64,000 nucleotides of DNA from a bacterium (GTDB lineage: Bacteria > Armatimonadota > Zipacnadia > Zipacnadales > Zipacnadaceae). The stretch covers positions 202,474 through 266,473 of the forward strand of contig JAUVXR010000001.1 of assembly GCA_030603495.1 (NCBI GenBank), in the 5' to 3' direction. The notes below the pieces were generated by a model. That model was not told the origin of the DNA. It ran no database searches and saw only the letters and a list, made by a program, of their open reading frames with translations. Positions within the stretch are counted from its first letter, which is position 1. The number at the start of each line of letters is the position of its first letter. Made by a program: the position numbers and the translations under genes. Positions 1-13,200 of this stretch are shown one piece after another.

Positions 1-2
1 AA

Positions 3-296
3 TTTAATTATCATAGAGGACAAGTGGAGGTGTCCGCCGAAGTAGAAAACCAAGAGGTAGTGATCAGAGTGGCGGATACCGGCCCGGGCATACCGCTGGG
101 GCTTCAGGACCACATCTTCGAAGCCTTCAACCGGGGCAGTGACGAGATCAGCCGGGCAGTGGAGGGAGTCGGTCTGGGCCTGGCCATCGCTACGCACATG
201 AGCAAATTGCTGGGGGGCCGTATCAGCGTAGAGAGCCAGCTGGACCACGGTAGCACCTTTGCCCTCCATCTGCCGGCGGCCAGCGACAATGAATAA
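3..296 (+). CDS. Sensor histidine kinase, C-terminal HATPase_c domain (5' part outside window)
   Basis: Frame open from the window edge (FNYHRGQVEV...). G1 box VADTGPGIP, F box IFEAF, G2 box GVGLGLAI and terminal GSTF. Directly upstream of a response regulator. Confidence 0.9.
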   Translation, partial: FNYHRGQVEVSAEVENQEVVIRVADTGPGIPLGLQDHIFEAFNRGSDEISRAVEGVGLGLAIATHMSKLLGGRISVESQLDHGSTFALHLPAASDNE

Positions 297-310
297 CCAA
301 GGCGGCGACC

Positions 311-3833
<3,523 letters not shown>

Positions 3834-4018
3834 CTGTCAGCATTCCTTGGTGGGTTCACGCCAGAATAGAGAAGCGCTCGTAATCAACCGCGCCTTGAAC
3901 CAGCCGGTCGGCAGATACAAGATCTTATGTTTTTGCGTTGTGCTTCTTCCTCATGCGGGCAGGATATCGGCCCGCTTCCGTGAACAATATGGTAGTATTG
4001 ACAGTGACTAGTTTCCTT

Positions 4019-4256
4019 GACCAGGGCAATCTGACCTCCCTTAGTCAGCAGAGCGATAATGCAGCCGGTGCATACAGAGAACTGGCGGATTCATCTATTT
4101 GTCAGCCCCGGGCACCGAGTTGACGTGCCTGGTTGCGTGCAGGTCATAATGAGCCTGACCGGGAACTATCGGTGGCCGGAACCTCTGCGCCAAGCCCGCC
4201 ACCTCGCTCGGCAACTGCATGCCGAACAGGACGAGGGTCGCCAAGCATGTCGCTAA
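4019..4256 (+). pseudogene. nfi: Endonuclease V (Nfi) C-terminal remnant with one frameshift
   Basis: Frame of ORF 4059-4256 reads LFVSPGHRVDV...GNYRWPEPLRQA, matching the EndoV C-terminal motifs PLFVSPGH and YRLPEP. The preceding segment DQGNLTSLSQQSDNAAGAYR lies in another frame. No N-terminal catalytic motifs found. Confidence 0.6.
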
Positions 4257-5425
4257 TCATTCTGGCCAACGATTTCCCCCCTAGCACCGGCGGGATTCAG
4301 CGCTACCTCTGCGAACTGGCCGCCGCACTACACCGGCGCGGCGAGGAGCTACTGGTGATTGCTCCCGACCAGCCCGGTGCTCAGGATTTCGATACAGCCA
4401 GCCCGCTGCCCATTGTACGCGTACCGGCGGGCAGCCGCCTCCAGACGGCCTGGGCACTAGCCAAAGCGGCGGCCCAGGCCATCCGCAAACAACACCCGGA
4501 TAACCCAGTGCGGGCGATTGTCGCCGGTAACTGGTGGCCGGACGGCCTGGCTGCGTGGCTGGTGCAGCGGCGCACCGGCACGCCTTATGTGGTGATGGGC
4601 TACGGCCGCGAGATGATCCAGACCGGCGCCAACCTCGCCAAGTGGCTGACGCAGAACTTGATCATTCGCGGGGCCGCCTGCGGGCTGGCCATCAGCCACT
4701 ACTCCGCCCAGCGGCTGCAGCGCCGAGGGCTAAAAGCGGACCGCGTCGCCGTGATATACGGCGGGGTGGACACCGATGCGCTCGCCGCAGACCATAACGA
4801 GGTCGAACAGATGCGGTCTGCGCTTAGTCAAAGCGGTGAGCCACTGCTGCTGACCGTGGGCAGGCTGGTGCAACGCAAGGGCCACAGCCAGGTTATCGCT
4901 GCCCTGCCCAACGTCATAGAGCAGCTCGGCCCGGTGAGATATCTCATCGCCGGCACAGGCCCGGAAGAGCAGCGTCTGCGGCGGCTTGCTGACCAGTACG
5001 GCGTCGCCGCGCTAGTCGAGTTCCTGGGGCATGTTGACGACAACAGACTAGCCGCGCTGTATCAGGCGGCGGACCTCTTCATTATGCCCAGCCGCGACCT
5101 CTACGGCCAGCCTATCGAAGGGCTGGGGCTGGTTTACCTGGAGGCGAACCTATGCGGGCTGCCGGTAATCGGCAGTGACACCGGCGGGATCGCCGATGCT
5201 ATCGCCGACGGCGAGACCGGTCTACTCGTCAATCCCGAGGAGCCCAGGGAGATCGCCGCCGCAATAGCTCGGCTACTGTCTGACCCAGACTGGGCTGAGC
5301 AACTCGGCGCAGCGGGCCGGGGGCGGGTGCTGCGCGATTTCACCTGGGACCGGGTGGCCGAGCGCTTCCAGACCGCGCTGGCAAAATGGGGCCTGGCCAA
5401 TTGGTGGCCCCCGGAGGCAGCATAG
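4247..5425 (+). CDS. GT4 (GT-B fold) glycosyltransferase
   Basis: NDFPPSTGGIQRY, LLTVGRLVQRKG, EGLGLVYLEA, GGIADAIADGETG. ATG at 4247. Confidence 0.93.
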   Translation: MSLIILANDFPPSTGGIQRYLCELAAALHRRGEELLVIAPDQPGAQDFDTASPLPIVRVPAGSRLQTAWALAKAAAQAIRKQHPDNPVRAIVAGNWWPDGLAAWLVQRRTGTPYVVMGYGREMIQTGANLAKWLTQNLIIRGAACGLAISHYSAQRLQRRGLKADRVAVIYGGVDTDALAADHNEVEQMRSALSQSGEPLLLTVGRLVQRKGHSQVIAALPNVIEQLGPVRYLIAGTGPEEQRLRRLADQYGVAALVEFLGHVDDNRLAALYQAADLFIMPSRDLYGQPIEGLGLVYLEANLCGLPVIGSDTGGIADAIADGETGLLVNPEEPREIAAAIARLLSDPDWAEQLGAAGRGRVLRDFTWDRVAERFQTALAKWGLANWWPPEAA

Positions 5426-6606
5426 TGTCAGGCAGTGGCCAACGCAAGCGCATAGCCTACATAGACCACGCCGTGGATATCGGCGGCGCAGAAAACAGCC
5501 TGGTGGAGCTGATCAGTCGCCTGGACCAGAGCCGCTTCACTGCGGTCCTGCTCCACACCGTCGGAGCCAAGTGGCTGGACCGTCCCGAGCTCAGCGACAT
5601 CGAAAAGATAGCGGTCTTTCAGCCAATATCGCTGCTGGAGAAAAGAAGAAACGAAGTGGCGGCGCGGCGCTGGCCGCTGATCTGGAATGCCCTTACGACG
5701 ATGCGGCCGGCCTGGCTCTTGAATCGGGCATTGCGGCGGGCGAAGATTGATCTGGTACACACTAACTCGCTCAAAGCTCATTTCATCGGGGGTCTGGCGG
5801 CGCGGCTGGCCCATCGGCCGCTGGTGTGGCACGTGCGGGACCTGCTCGGCGAAGATGAAGGCCTGGGCCTGCTGCGCCGAGCGGCCCGCATGCTCCAACC
5901 GCACGTCATCGCTATCTCCCAGGCTGTAGCCAGACAATTCACCGGCCTGCCTGTCGAGGTGGCCGTCATCCCCAACGGCATACCTCTAGACAAGTTCACC
6001 CCCGGCCCCGCACCGCCAAAGCTACACGCCGAGTTGGGACTCGCCCCGTATGACCAGGTTGTTGCGGTGGTCGGCCGCCTGACGCCCTGGAAGGGACATA
6101 TGAACCTGCTGGAAGCAGTCAGTATGCTGACTGAGTCGTGCCCCTCGCTCAAAGTGGTGGTGGTCGGCGAGGTAGCGTTCTGGGAGCCAGAATATGAGCA
6201 GCAGCTCAAGCAGCGAGCATCCCAACTAGGCCTGGACGAGCGGGTGGTCTGGGCGGGCTTCCGCAGCGACGTCGCCGATATTCTGCGGCTGTGCGACGTA
6301 TTCGTGCTGCCTTCGGTCAATGAGCCGTTCGGGCGGGCAATAATCGAGGCGATGGCGGTGGGCCGAGCAGTGGTCGCGACAGCATCGGGCGGCGTACCAG
6401 AAATAGTAGTTGACGGCGAGACCGGCTTGCTCGTACCCGCCGAAGACCCTCATGCACTGGCCCAGGCGATGGCCGCACTGCTGGCGGATCCCCAGAAGGC
6501 ACAGCAGATGGGGGAGAAGGGGCGGGCGCGCGCCTGCAAGCACTTCAGCGCGGATCGGGTGGCCAAGCAGGTGCAGGAAGTATACGCGCACAGGCTGGGC
6601 ACGTGA
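5425..6606 (+). CDS. GT4 (GT-B fold) glycosyltransferase
   Basis: IGGAENSL, VVGRLTPWKGH, EPFGRAIIEAM, GGVPEIVVDGETG. GTG start overlaps the upstream TAG. Confidence 0.93.
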   Translation: MSGSGQRKRIAYIDHAVDIGGAENSLVELISRLDQSRFTAVLLHTVGAKWLDRPELSDIEKIAVFQPISLLEKRRNEVAARRWPLIWNALTTMRPAWLLNRALRRAKIDLVHTNSLKAHFIGGLAARLAHRPLVWHVRDLLGEDEGLGLLRRAARMLQPHVIAISQAVARQFTGLPVEVAVIPNGIPLDKFTPGPAPPKLHAELGLAPYDQVVAVVGRLTPWKGHMNLLEAVSMLTESCPSLKVVVVGEVAFWEPEYEQQLKQRASQLGLDERVVWAGFRSDVADILRLCDVFVLPSVNEPFGRAIIEAMAVGRAVVATASGGVPEIVVDGETGLLVPAEDPHALAQAMAALLADPQKAQQMGEKGRARACKHFSADRVAKQVQEVYAHRLGT

Positions 6607-6671
6607 AGACGCCCTGACTCAGTTAACCCCCGGCAAGAGCAGCAGCTCTGCCCAAACATGGGGAGTGTGTG

Positions 6672-7778
6672 CTAGTGCCTACGCAGGAAGGCGGGGATAT
6701 CAATATCGTCCTCGTCGTAAGTGGGCAGCTCTTCCTGGAAGGGTGACTCTCCGGCAGCAGTGGGCGCTTCGGTGTCGCCCGCTTCTTCAGTGCCACTCAG
6801 ACGCCGCCGCACCGTCGGCCGGCGCGCTTCGTCGAAGCCAGTAGCCACCACCGTCACGCGCAAGCTACCCTCCATTTGCTCGTCAATCACTGCACCCAGG
6901 TTCATATCCGCGTTGTCACCCTCGCCCTGCGCTGCCTCCTGGATGAGCCGTGCAGTCTCGTGTACTTCTTTCAGCGACAAATCGGGCCCCCCCGTGATGT
7001 TGACCAGCAGAGCCCGAGCCCCCTCGATGTTAGTCTCCAGCAGCGGGCTGGCAATAGCCATATTGGCGGCTTCCACGCCGCGGTCATCTCCGCTAGCCTC
7101 GCCGATGCTCATCATCGCGGTGCCCGCACCCTTCATAACTGAGCGAACGTCGGCAAAGTCAAGATTGATCAGGCCAGGCACAACAATGACTTCACTAATA
7201 CCACGCACGCCCTGGTGCAGTATCGTATCGGCGAGGGCGAAGGCCTCCTGCAAGGTCAGCTCGGCATCGGTAAGCTCAAGCAGGCGATCGTTGGGGATGA
7301 CGATGAGGGCATCCACCTGTTCCTTGAGCCGCTTAATGCCTTCCTCGCCCGCTTCCGAACGGCGGCGGCCCTCAACCGCAAATGGCTTGGTGACGATGCC
7401 AACCGTCAGGGCATCGAGTTCGCGAGCAATCTCGGCGATCACCGGGCTGGCCCCCGTGCCGGTGCCGCCACCCATTCCCGCAGTGATGAAGACCATGTCC
7501 GATTCGTCGAGGCTCATCAGGATATCTTGCCGACTTTCCTCAGCGGCCTGACGCCCGACATCTGGATTGCCCCCCGTGCCCAGCCCGCCGGTCAGCTTCT
7601 CACCAACCTGAAGCTTCTTGTCCGCCGCGGACAGGTCGAGGACCTGCAGATCCGTATTGACGGCGATGTACTCAACGCCCATTACTCCTGCCTCGATCAT
7701 CCGGTCCACGGCGTTGGAGCCACCGCCACCCACTCCGATTACTCGGATCTTGGCATACTCTTCCACGCTGCTCAGCAT
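6672..7778 (-). CDS. ftsZ: Cell division protein FtsZ
   Basis: [12 protein letters not shown], tubulin signature [10 protein letters not shown]7 loop INLDFADV, C-terminal core DIPAFLR. ATG 7778 follows GAGGGAGG. Confidence 0.98.
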   Translation of the reverse strand: MLSSVEEYAKIRVIGVGGGGSNAVDRMIEAGVMGVEYIAVNTDLQVLDLSAADKKLQVGEKLTGGLGTGGNPDVGRQAAEESRQDILMSLDESDMVFITAGMGGGTGTGASPVIAEIARELDALTVGIVTKPFAVEGRRRSEAGEEGIKRLKEQVDALIVIPNDRLLELTDAELTLQEAFALADTILHQGVRGISEVIVVPGLINLDFADVRSVMKGAGTAMMSIGEASGDDRGVEAANMAIASPLLETNIEGARALLVNITGGPDLSLKEVHETARLIQEAAQGEGDNADMNLGAVIDEQMEGSLRVTVVATGFDEARRPTVRRRLSGTEEAGDTEAPTAAGESPFQEELPTYDEDDIDIPAFLRRH

Positions 7779-7843
7779 AGTCACCGGCCCCTCCCTCAGG
7801 GAAGTTGCTCTGAAGAATGCTCGCAAGACGGGCGAATGTTGGG

Positions 7844-7872
7844 ATTATATATTGCCGTTCCTGACCTGTCAA
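7844..7872 (-). promoter_or_regulatory. Perfect-consensus sigma70 promoter for ftsZ
   Basis: Minus strand TTGACA-N17-TATAAT. Confidence 0.8.
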
Positions 7873-8029
7873 GGACGCACTCCGCTGGCACTTCTCAGCC
7901 ACATTCGTCCGACAATCATACGACCAGGTCCCGCCGCAACACCTAGCTTGGCTAGCTACCTTCCTGTCTTCCTTCGGCGTCGGGGCCGTAGATTCCTTCC
8001 CCTTCTTCTTCCTGCTGGCAAGTTTTTTT

Positions 8030-8581
8030 CTACTCGCCTGCGCGGGCCTCTTCCGGCGTTTCAGGTCTCGTGCAGACGCACACCTCGGCCGGACGCAGGA
8101 GCCGGTCGCGCAGCTTGTACCCAGGCCGAAATTCCTCGACAATCTGGCCAGCACTTATGGCTTCATCCTCGATCAGCCTGCGCTCGATAGCTTCGTGCCA
8201 TTGCGGATCAAACTGCTGCCCGACGGTCTCGAGACGCGTCAGGCCAAATTGCTCGAGCGCCTCGCCGAGCTGGCGGTATATCATCTTTACACCGGCCAGA
8301 ACCTCCTGCGGCGACTGTTGCCCACCGTCGGCTGATTGCAGAGCCAGTTCCAAATGATCCAGTATCGGTAGCAGGACACTGATGAGCTGCTCGTGAGCGT
8401 ATTGCATCTGCTGCGCCTGCTGCTCGACCACCCGTTGCCGGTAGTTGCGCAGTTCGGCGGCGGCCCGCAGGTAGCGGTCCTCCGCCTCCGCAAGCCCACC
8501 TTCCAACTCGGTGATGCGGGCGTGAAGGTCCTCCCGGGAGGGGCCTTCAGCTATTTCGTCGGTGTTGTCATCGTCAAACAC
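8030..8581 (-). CDS. grpE: Nucleotide exchange factor GrpE
   Basis: YLRAAAELRNYRQR, LLPILDHLELAL, FDPQWHEAI, GYKLRDRLLRPAEV. Confidence 0.96.
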   Translation of the reverse strand: MFDDDNTDEIAEGPSREDLHARITELEGGLAEAEDRYLRAAAELRNYRQRVVEQQAQQMQYAHEQLISVLLPILDHLELALQSADGGQQSPQEVLAGVKMIYRQLGEALEQFGLTRLETVGQQFDPQWHEAIERRLIEDEAISAGQIVEEFRPGYKLRDRLLRPAEVCVCTRPETPEEARAGE

Positions 8582-8708
8582 TCAGTTTGCCTCCAGTTTG
8601 CGTCAGTCCGGCCAGCAAATGACCAGGCCAGAACGACTGGCCGGCCTGGTAATGCCAACGCGGCACTTAGTTGTGCTGCGCCGCAGCCGATGGTGAGAAG
8701 TGCTGAGC

Positions 8709-9770
8709 CTAGCCGGATTCGGATCGTGCCAGGACCTGGCCGACCTGCCGGGCTACACAGTCCACCGTCGAGATCACCTCACGGTATCTCATCCGCATCG
8801 GCCCGAGCACGCCCACAATACCCCGACAGTTGCTCGGCCCGGCGAAGCTGGACATCACCGAACTACACTGCTCCAGGCGGGCAATAGCGTGTTCCGAACC
8901 GATTACCACGCTGACCTCGGCACCCTCGTCAGCCATACAGAGCAGTTCGCACAGCGCCTGGTGCTCGCCGAGAGTCTCCACCAGCTCCCGCAAACGGGGC
9001 AGTTCCTGAAACTCCGGCTGCTGCAAGATGTAAGCGGCCCCGTCTATATAGATGCGACCGCCGGCGCGGGCCCACAACTGCCGATGCACCGCGCGCAGTA
9101 AATCAGCGGAAATCCCCAACCCGCGCGCCCCACCACCAGTGTCTTCACGCGGTGCTCGGGCGGATAGGCCTGCGGCGAGCTGATCCTTTATGACTCCGCC
9201 AAGCTGCTCGACCTGCTCGGCAGTGATACTCTCGGCTGACCGAACCACAAACTCCTGCCCCTGGCCATCGGCATAAATACACATGATCCGGACAGTATGA
9301 GCGCTGACCGAGCGGGCCTGGATATCAACCAACTGGTCTTGCTCGCTACCCGGCTCGAGTGCTACCGCGGGATGTTTGACGATATCGGCAAGCAGTTTGG
9401 TGCTCATGCGCAGGATCTTGTCAGGATCCAGCTCGACCCGTCGGTACTGGCTGTGAATCCAACTCACCTTGTCAATGGACAGATCTTCCCGCCCCTCCAG
9501 GTGATTGACATGGAAGCGATATGCCTTCTGAGAGGGCACTCGACCCGCGGAGGTATGGGGCTGGTGCAAGTAGCCCATACGGTCCAACTCCGCCATCTCG
9601 TTGCGAATCGTCGCCGAACTGACCGCCAGTCCATAACGTCTGGCCAAGGCCTTGGACCCCACCGGGCAGGTAGTCCTGATGTGCTCACGAACCACGGCGG
9701 CGAGGACTTGCCGCTGGCGCTCGCTTAGCTCTTCACCGGCCTCTACTGCCTGCGTTCTGTCACGAGTCAT
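8709..9770 (-). CDS. hrcA: Heat-inducible transcription repressor HrcA
   Basis: LSERQRQVL, PVGSKAL, SSATIRNEMAEL, PHTSAGRVPS, GVLGPMRMRY. ATG 9770 follows GGAGGT. Confidence 0.96.
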   Translation of the reverse strand: MTRDRTQAVEAGEELSERQRQVLAAVVREHIRTTCPVGSKALARRYGLAVSSATIRNEMAELDRMGYLHQPHTSAGRVPSQKAYRFHVNHLEGREDLSIDKVSWIHSQYRRVELDPDKILRMSTKLLADIVKHPAVALEPGSEQDQLVDIQARSVSAHTVRIMCIYADGQGQEFVVRSAESITAEQVEQLGGVIKDQLAAGLSARAPREDTGGGARGLGISADLLRAVHRQLWARAGGRIYIDGAAYILQQPEFQELPRLRELVETLGEHQALCELLCMADEGAEVSVVIGSEHAIARLEQCSSVMSSFAGPSNCRGIVGVLGPMRMRYREVISTVDCVARQVGQVLARSESG

Positions 9771-9812
9771 CAAACCGCCGACCTCCAATCATCCATACCC
9801 TCTCCAGATAAC

Positions 9813-9841
9813 AGAATACCAAGCTCCCCGCTGACTGTCAA
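9813..9841 (-). promoter_or_regulatory. sigma70 promoter for hrcA-grpE
   Basis: Minus strand TTGACA-N17-TATTCT with TG extension. Confidence 0.65.
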
Positions 9842-9913
9842 GACTCCGGTTGGGTCGCGGCCCAGGCTGACAAGCAGGTGAGACACCCTTTGCCGCAGAA
9901 CATGCCCCGTGAG

Positions 9914-10234
9914 ATGACCATTGGTGAGTTTCAACAGCTAATCGAGCGGACCTACTACGACAAGGACAGCAGCCGCGGCCTGGCGCCCAGTTTTATGTGG
10001 TTCATTGAGGAGGTCGGCGAGCTGGCGCAGGCTCTGCGCAGCGGCGACCGCAACGAGCTTGCTGATGAGTTCAGCGACGTACTAGCCTGGTTGGCCACGA
10101 TGGCCTCCATCAGTGGCATTGATCTGGAAGACGCTGCACAGAAGTATGCCTGCGGCTGCCCGAAATGCGGCGAGATGCCGTGCACGTGTCCCGAGCCGGG
10201 CGGACATCAGTCGGAATCATCGGCCTCGTGTTGA
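9914..10234 (+). CDS. MazG-like all-alpha NTP pyrophosphohydrolase with C-terminal Cys cluster
   Basis: FIEEVGELAQAL...DEFSDVLAWLATMA (EExxE...ExxD signature) and CPKCGEMPCTC tail. Confidence 0.85.
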   Translation: MTIGEFQQLIERTYYDKDSSRGLAPSFMWFIEEVGELAQALRSGDRNELADEFSDVLAWLATMASISGIDLEDAAQKYACGCPKCGEMPCTCPEPGGHQSESSASC

Positions 10235-13200
10235 CAAAGCGCCGTCCACTCACAGCTTGCGCACGGCGCTGCCTCTGAAGTTTCCGGCCACTGGCGACTG
10301 GATTCTAGTGCGACAAGCACAGCCAGGGCCCGGTCGAGCTGATCTGCCTGGCGGGCTAGCAGTGCTTCTTCCAGCGGCACATCTTCGAGCCCGTCCCCCC
10401 TGACATGGACCAGCACCGGCTGCCAGTCGCGCCCAGGCTCCGACTCGGCGGCGAGCGCGTGCTGGTATATGAACATCTGCAATGCATAGTCTTCTATCTC
10501 GGCCCCGCCCAGGTGCCGGTTAGTCTTAAAATCGGCAAACTGGCCCTGTTCTGCCAGGACCAGGTCCACCTTGCCACTGACAGCTACGGTTAGCTCACCA
10601 ACTCGGCGGACCAGGTGCACTGGCCGTTCCACTTCGTGGCCAGGCACGACAAGTTGCGCCCACGGACTGGCCGAGAACGCTTCGATCAGCTTGCGCAACC
10701 TGTCTAGGTCATCTGCACCAGCCTCGGCCAGCGCGGTCTCTCCCAGCTCCCGGATGTAGTCGTCATTCGGCGGGCATCCCTGGCGGTAGTATGCCGCGAC
10801 GTACTGGTGGAAGCAGGTGCCGATTGCTATCTCAGTCGTAGGACCAGTCTCTTCCAGGACCCGCTCCGGCCGCCACTTCTGGGTAATCCACCAGCGCCGC
10901 GGGCAGACCAAGACGTCCCGCAGTGCGCTGAAACTGGTATGTATAACCGCAGGCTGGTGGGGACGCTCGACTCGCGGGGGCAGCAGTGTCGGCAGAAGTG
11001 GCGCGGCCTGAGCGGGGCCTGGTCCGAGGGTGACAAGCTTAGCTAGTTCATCACCTGATTCTTCAATCGCACCGACCAGGTCCTCCCCCCAGGGAATCTG
11101 TGCATCTTTCTTTGTGCCGGCCGCGTAGGTTACACACAGTAGGTGCTTAGCCCGGGTCAGCGCGACGTACCAGAGGCGCTCCTCCTCCTGCATTTCCTCC
11201 TCGCTGCCGCTAAACAGCTTCCGGACAATGGTTTTGGCCGAGGCCTCGCCATCCACATTGAGGCTCGCCAGCCCCCACGTATCGTCGTACGCGCAGCCGG
11301 GGGAAGGATTCCTTGTCGGGTCCCAGGCCATCACAAAGACAGCGGGGAAGCCCAGGCCCTTGGCGCAGTGGATGGTCATGACCTGCACAGCGTTCTGGGC
11401 GGGCAGGTCGGGAGCAGACAGTGCCAGGCCGCTTTCCGCTTCGTACAGATCTACTGCCTGCACCAGCGAGGCCAGGTCAGCCTGGCCGCCCTCGCCGCCC
11501 AGTTCCCCGATAATCGCCTCGAAGGTCGCCTTGACCGCTACGGCCGCTGCCCGCTCAGCCGGGGTCATTCCTGATTCAGAAATGCTTCCCAGCATCATCT
11601 CGAAGACAGTGCGGGCAGGATACATCAGACTGGCCCGCCGCAGCCGCTGAATCAAGCCGTACAGCTCCCGCAGTCGGTCAATCGGTAGCTCATCACGCTC
11701 TGCCGACGCACGCCAGTCATCGCGCCCTTCCGCCAACTCCGCCACAGCGCTGATGATAGCCCTATCCTTGGGCCGCCGGCGCATCTTGGTCGCGGCTTCT
11801 GCCTCCTCGTCTGATGCGCTACCTTGACTTGGTAGGAGCGACATTCCTGTCGCGATGCCCGGTTCCCGCCCACACGGTATACTGACGAGCAGAAACAACT
11901 GGCGGTCATTGAGACAGAGCGGTGGTCGGCTCAGCAGCCGCACAAGCGAGTTGTCATCGCAGGGATCATTGACCACCCGCATCAGCGCCAGCAGGTCGCA
12001 GGCCAGGGGATGATCGAAGAAGCCTATCCCGCCCTGAGCCTGGTAGGGAATCCTACGTTCTTCCAGAGCGCTCTTGAGATAGCGGAAACCGTGGCGCTTG
12101 CGCATCAGCACGCAGATATCGCCGTATTCAAACTGCCCCTGCTCGCCAACAAGGCACTGGATCTTCTCAGCGATATAGGCGGCCTCGTGGCGGTGGGTAT
12201 GGCGCATTTCCTCACCCTCTTGGGCGGTGAACGGCGCGACCTTGATGATCGTGCCCGGCTCCGGCTTGGGACTGACCAGCGCCGGGTCATCAGGTCGAGT
12301 GCGCAGGGCCGCCCGGTTGGCCACCTCGGTGAGCCGCTCATCCATACGATAGGTTGTGCTCAACGGCCGGCAAATCTCGCTAGCGCCCACATTGTCTCCC
12401 AGTTGGAACGGCAGCAGCTTGTCGAGGTTCCCCGGCTTCGCATCCCGCCAGCCGTAGATGGACTGCTTCTGGTCACCCACGACCATCAGGCGGTGGTAGC
12501 TGCTGATCTCCCGAAGCTTGCCGTCCCCTTGCACCTGCAGCCGCATTGGCTGCGCTAGCGCCTGGAGCATCGCCATCTGGGCGGGGGAGGTGTCCTGGAA
12601 CTCGTCCACCAGGATGTATTCGAACTTGCGGCTGTAGCGCTCGCGCAAATCACTCCGCTCAGTTAACAGCCTCTGTGCCATCATTATCTGGTCGTCGAAA
12701 TCAATGCTGTCCGCCTCCGCCAACTGCTGCTGATAGATCTCGTAGGCCGCTGCTGCGGCAGCAATAATCGCGCGTTCGGTCTCTTGCGCACGCTCGAAGG
12801 ACCCCGTCACATCAGGGCGCCGTTCGTACCTTACTAGATCACGGTAGTAGAGCTTCTTGAAGTCGTTGACATGGTTCCGCTTGGCCTCGGAGACTGAGCG
12901 GAGTTGGACACCAGGCAGGCCAGCACGGAACCGTTCCCCAGCCACATTGGGAATGTCATCGGTATCTGCCAGACCCCAAGCATCTTCTGGAGATAGCATA
13001 GCCTCCCAGAATCTATCACTCAACTCCTGGGCCTGCTGGCGGAACTCGTCCGGCTCCAGCCCATAACTCTTGGCATAGCTGATGAGTCTAACCAGCACGT
13101 CACGCAATTGGTCGGGCGTGGCCAAGCCCAGCTGGGCCAGCCGGTCGGTTCGCAGGGCCGTAAGTTGAGCGTAATCGCCAGCAAAGATACCCTCAGCAAG

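Noticed and set aside
7952-8032. Amber readthrough (pyrrolysine) extending GrpE
   Set aside because: GrpE is already complete at the TAG, no pyl genes are in the window, and the extension has no domain character.
8650-8705. CIRCE-like half site (TCAGCACTT) between hrcA and grpE
   Set aside because: The right half-site matches only 4 of 9 positions; the nearby GCAC/GTGC hairpin has the wrong spacing.
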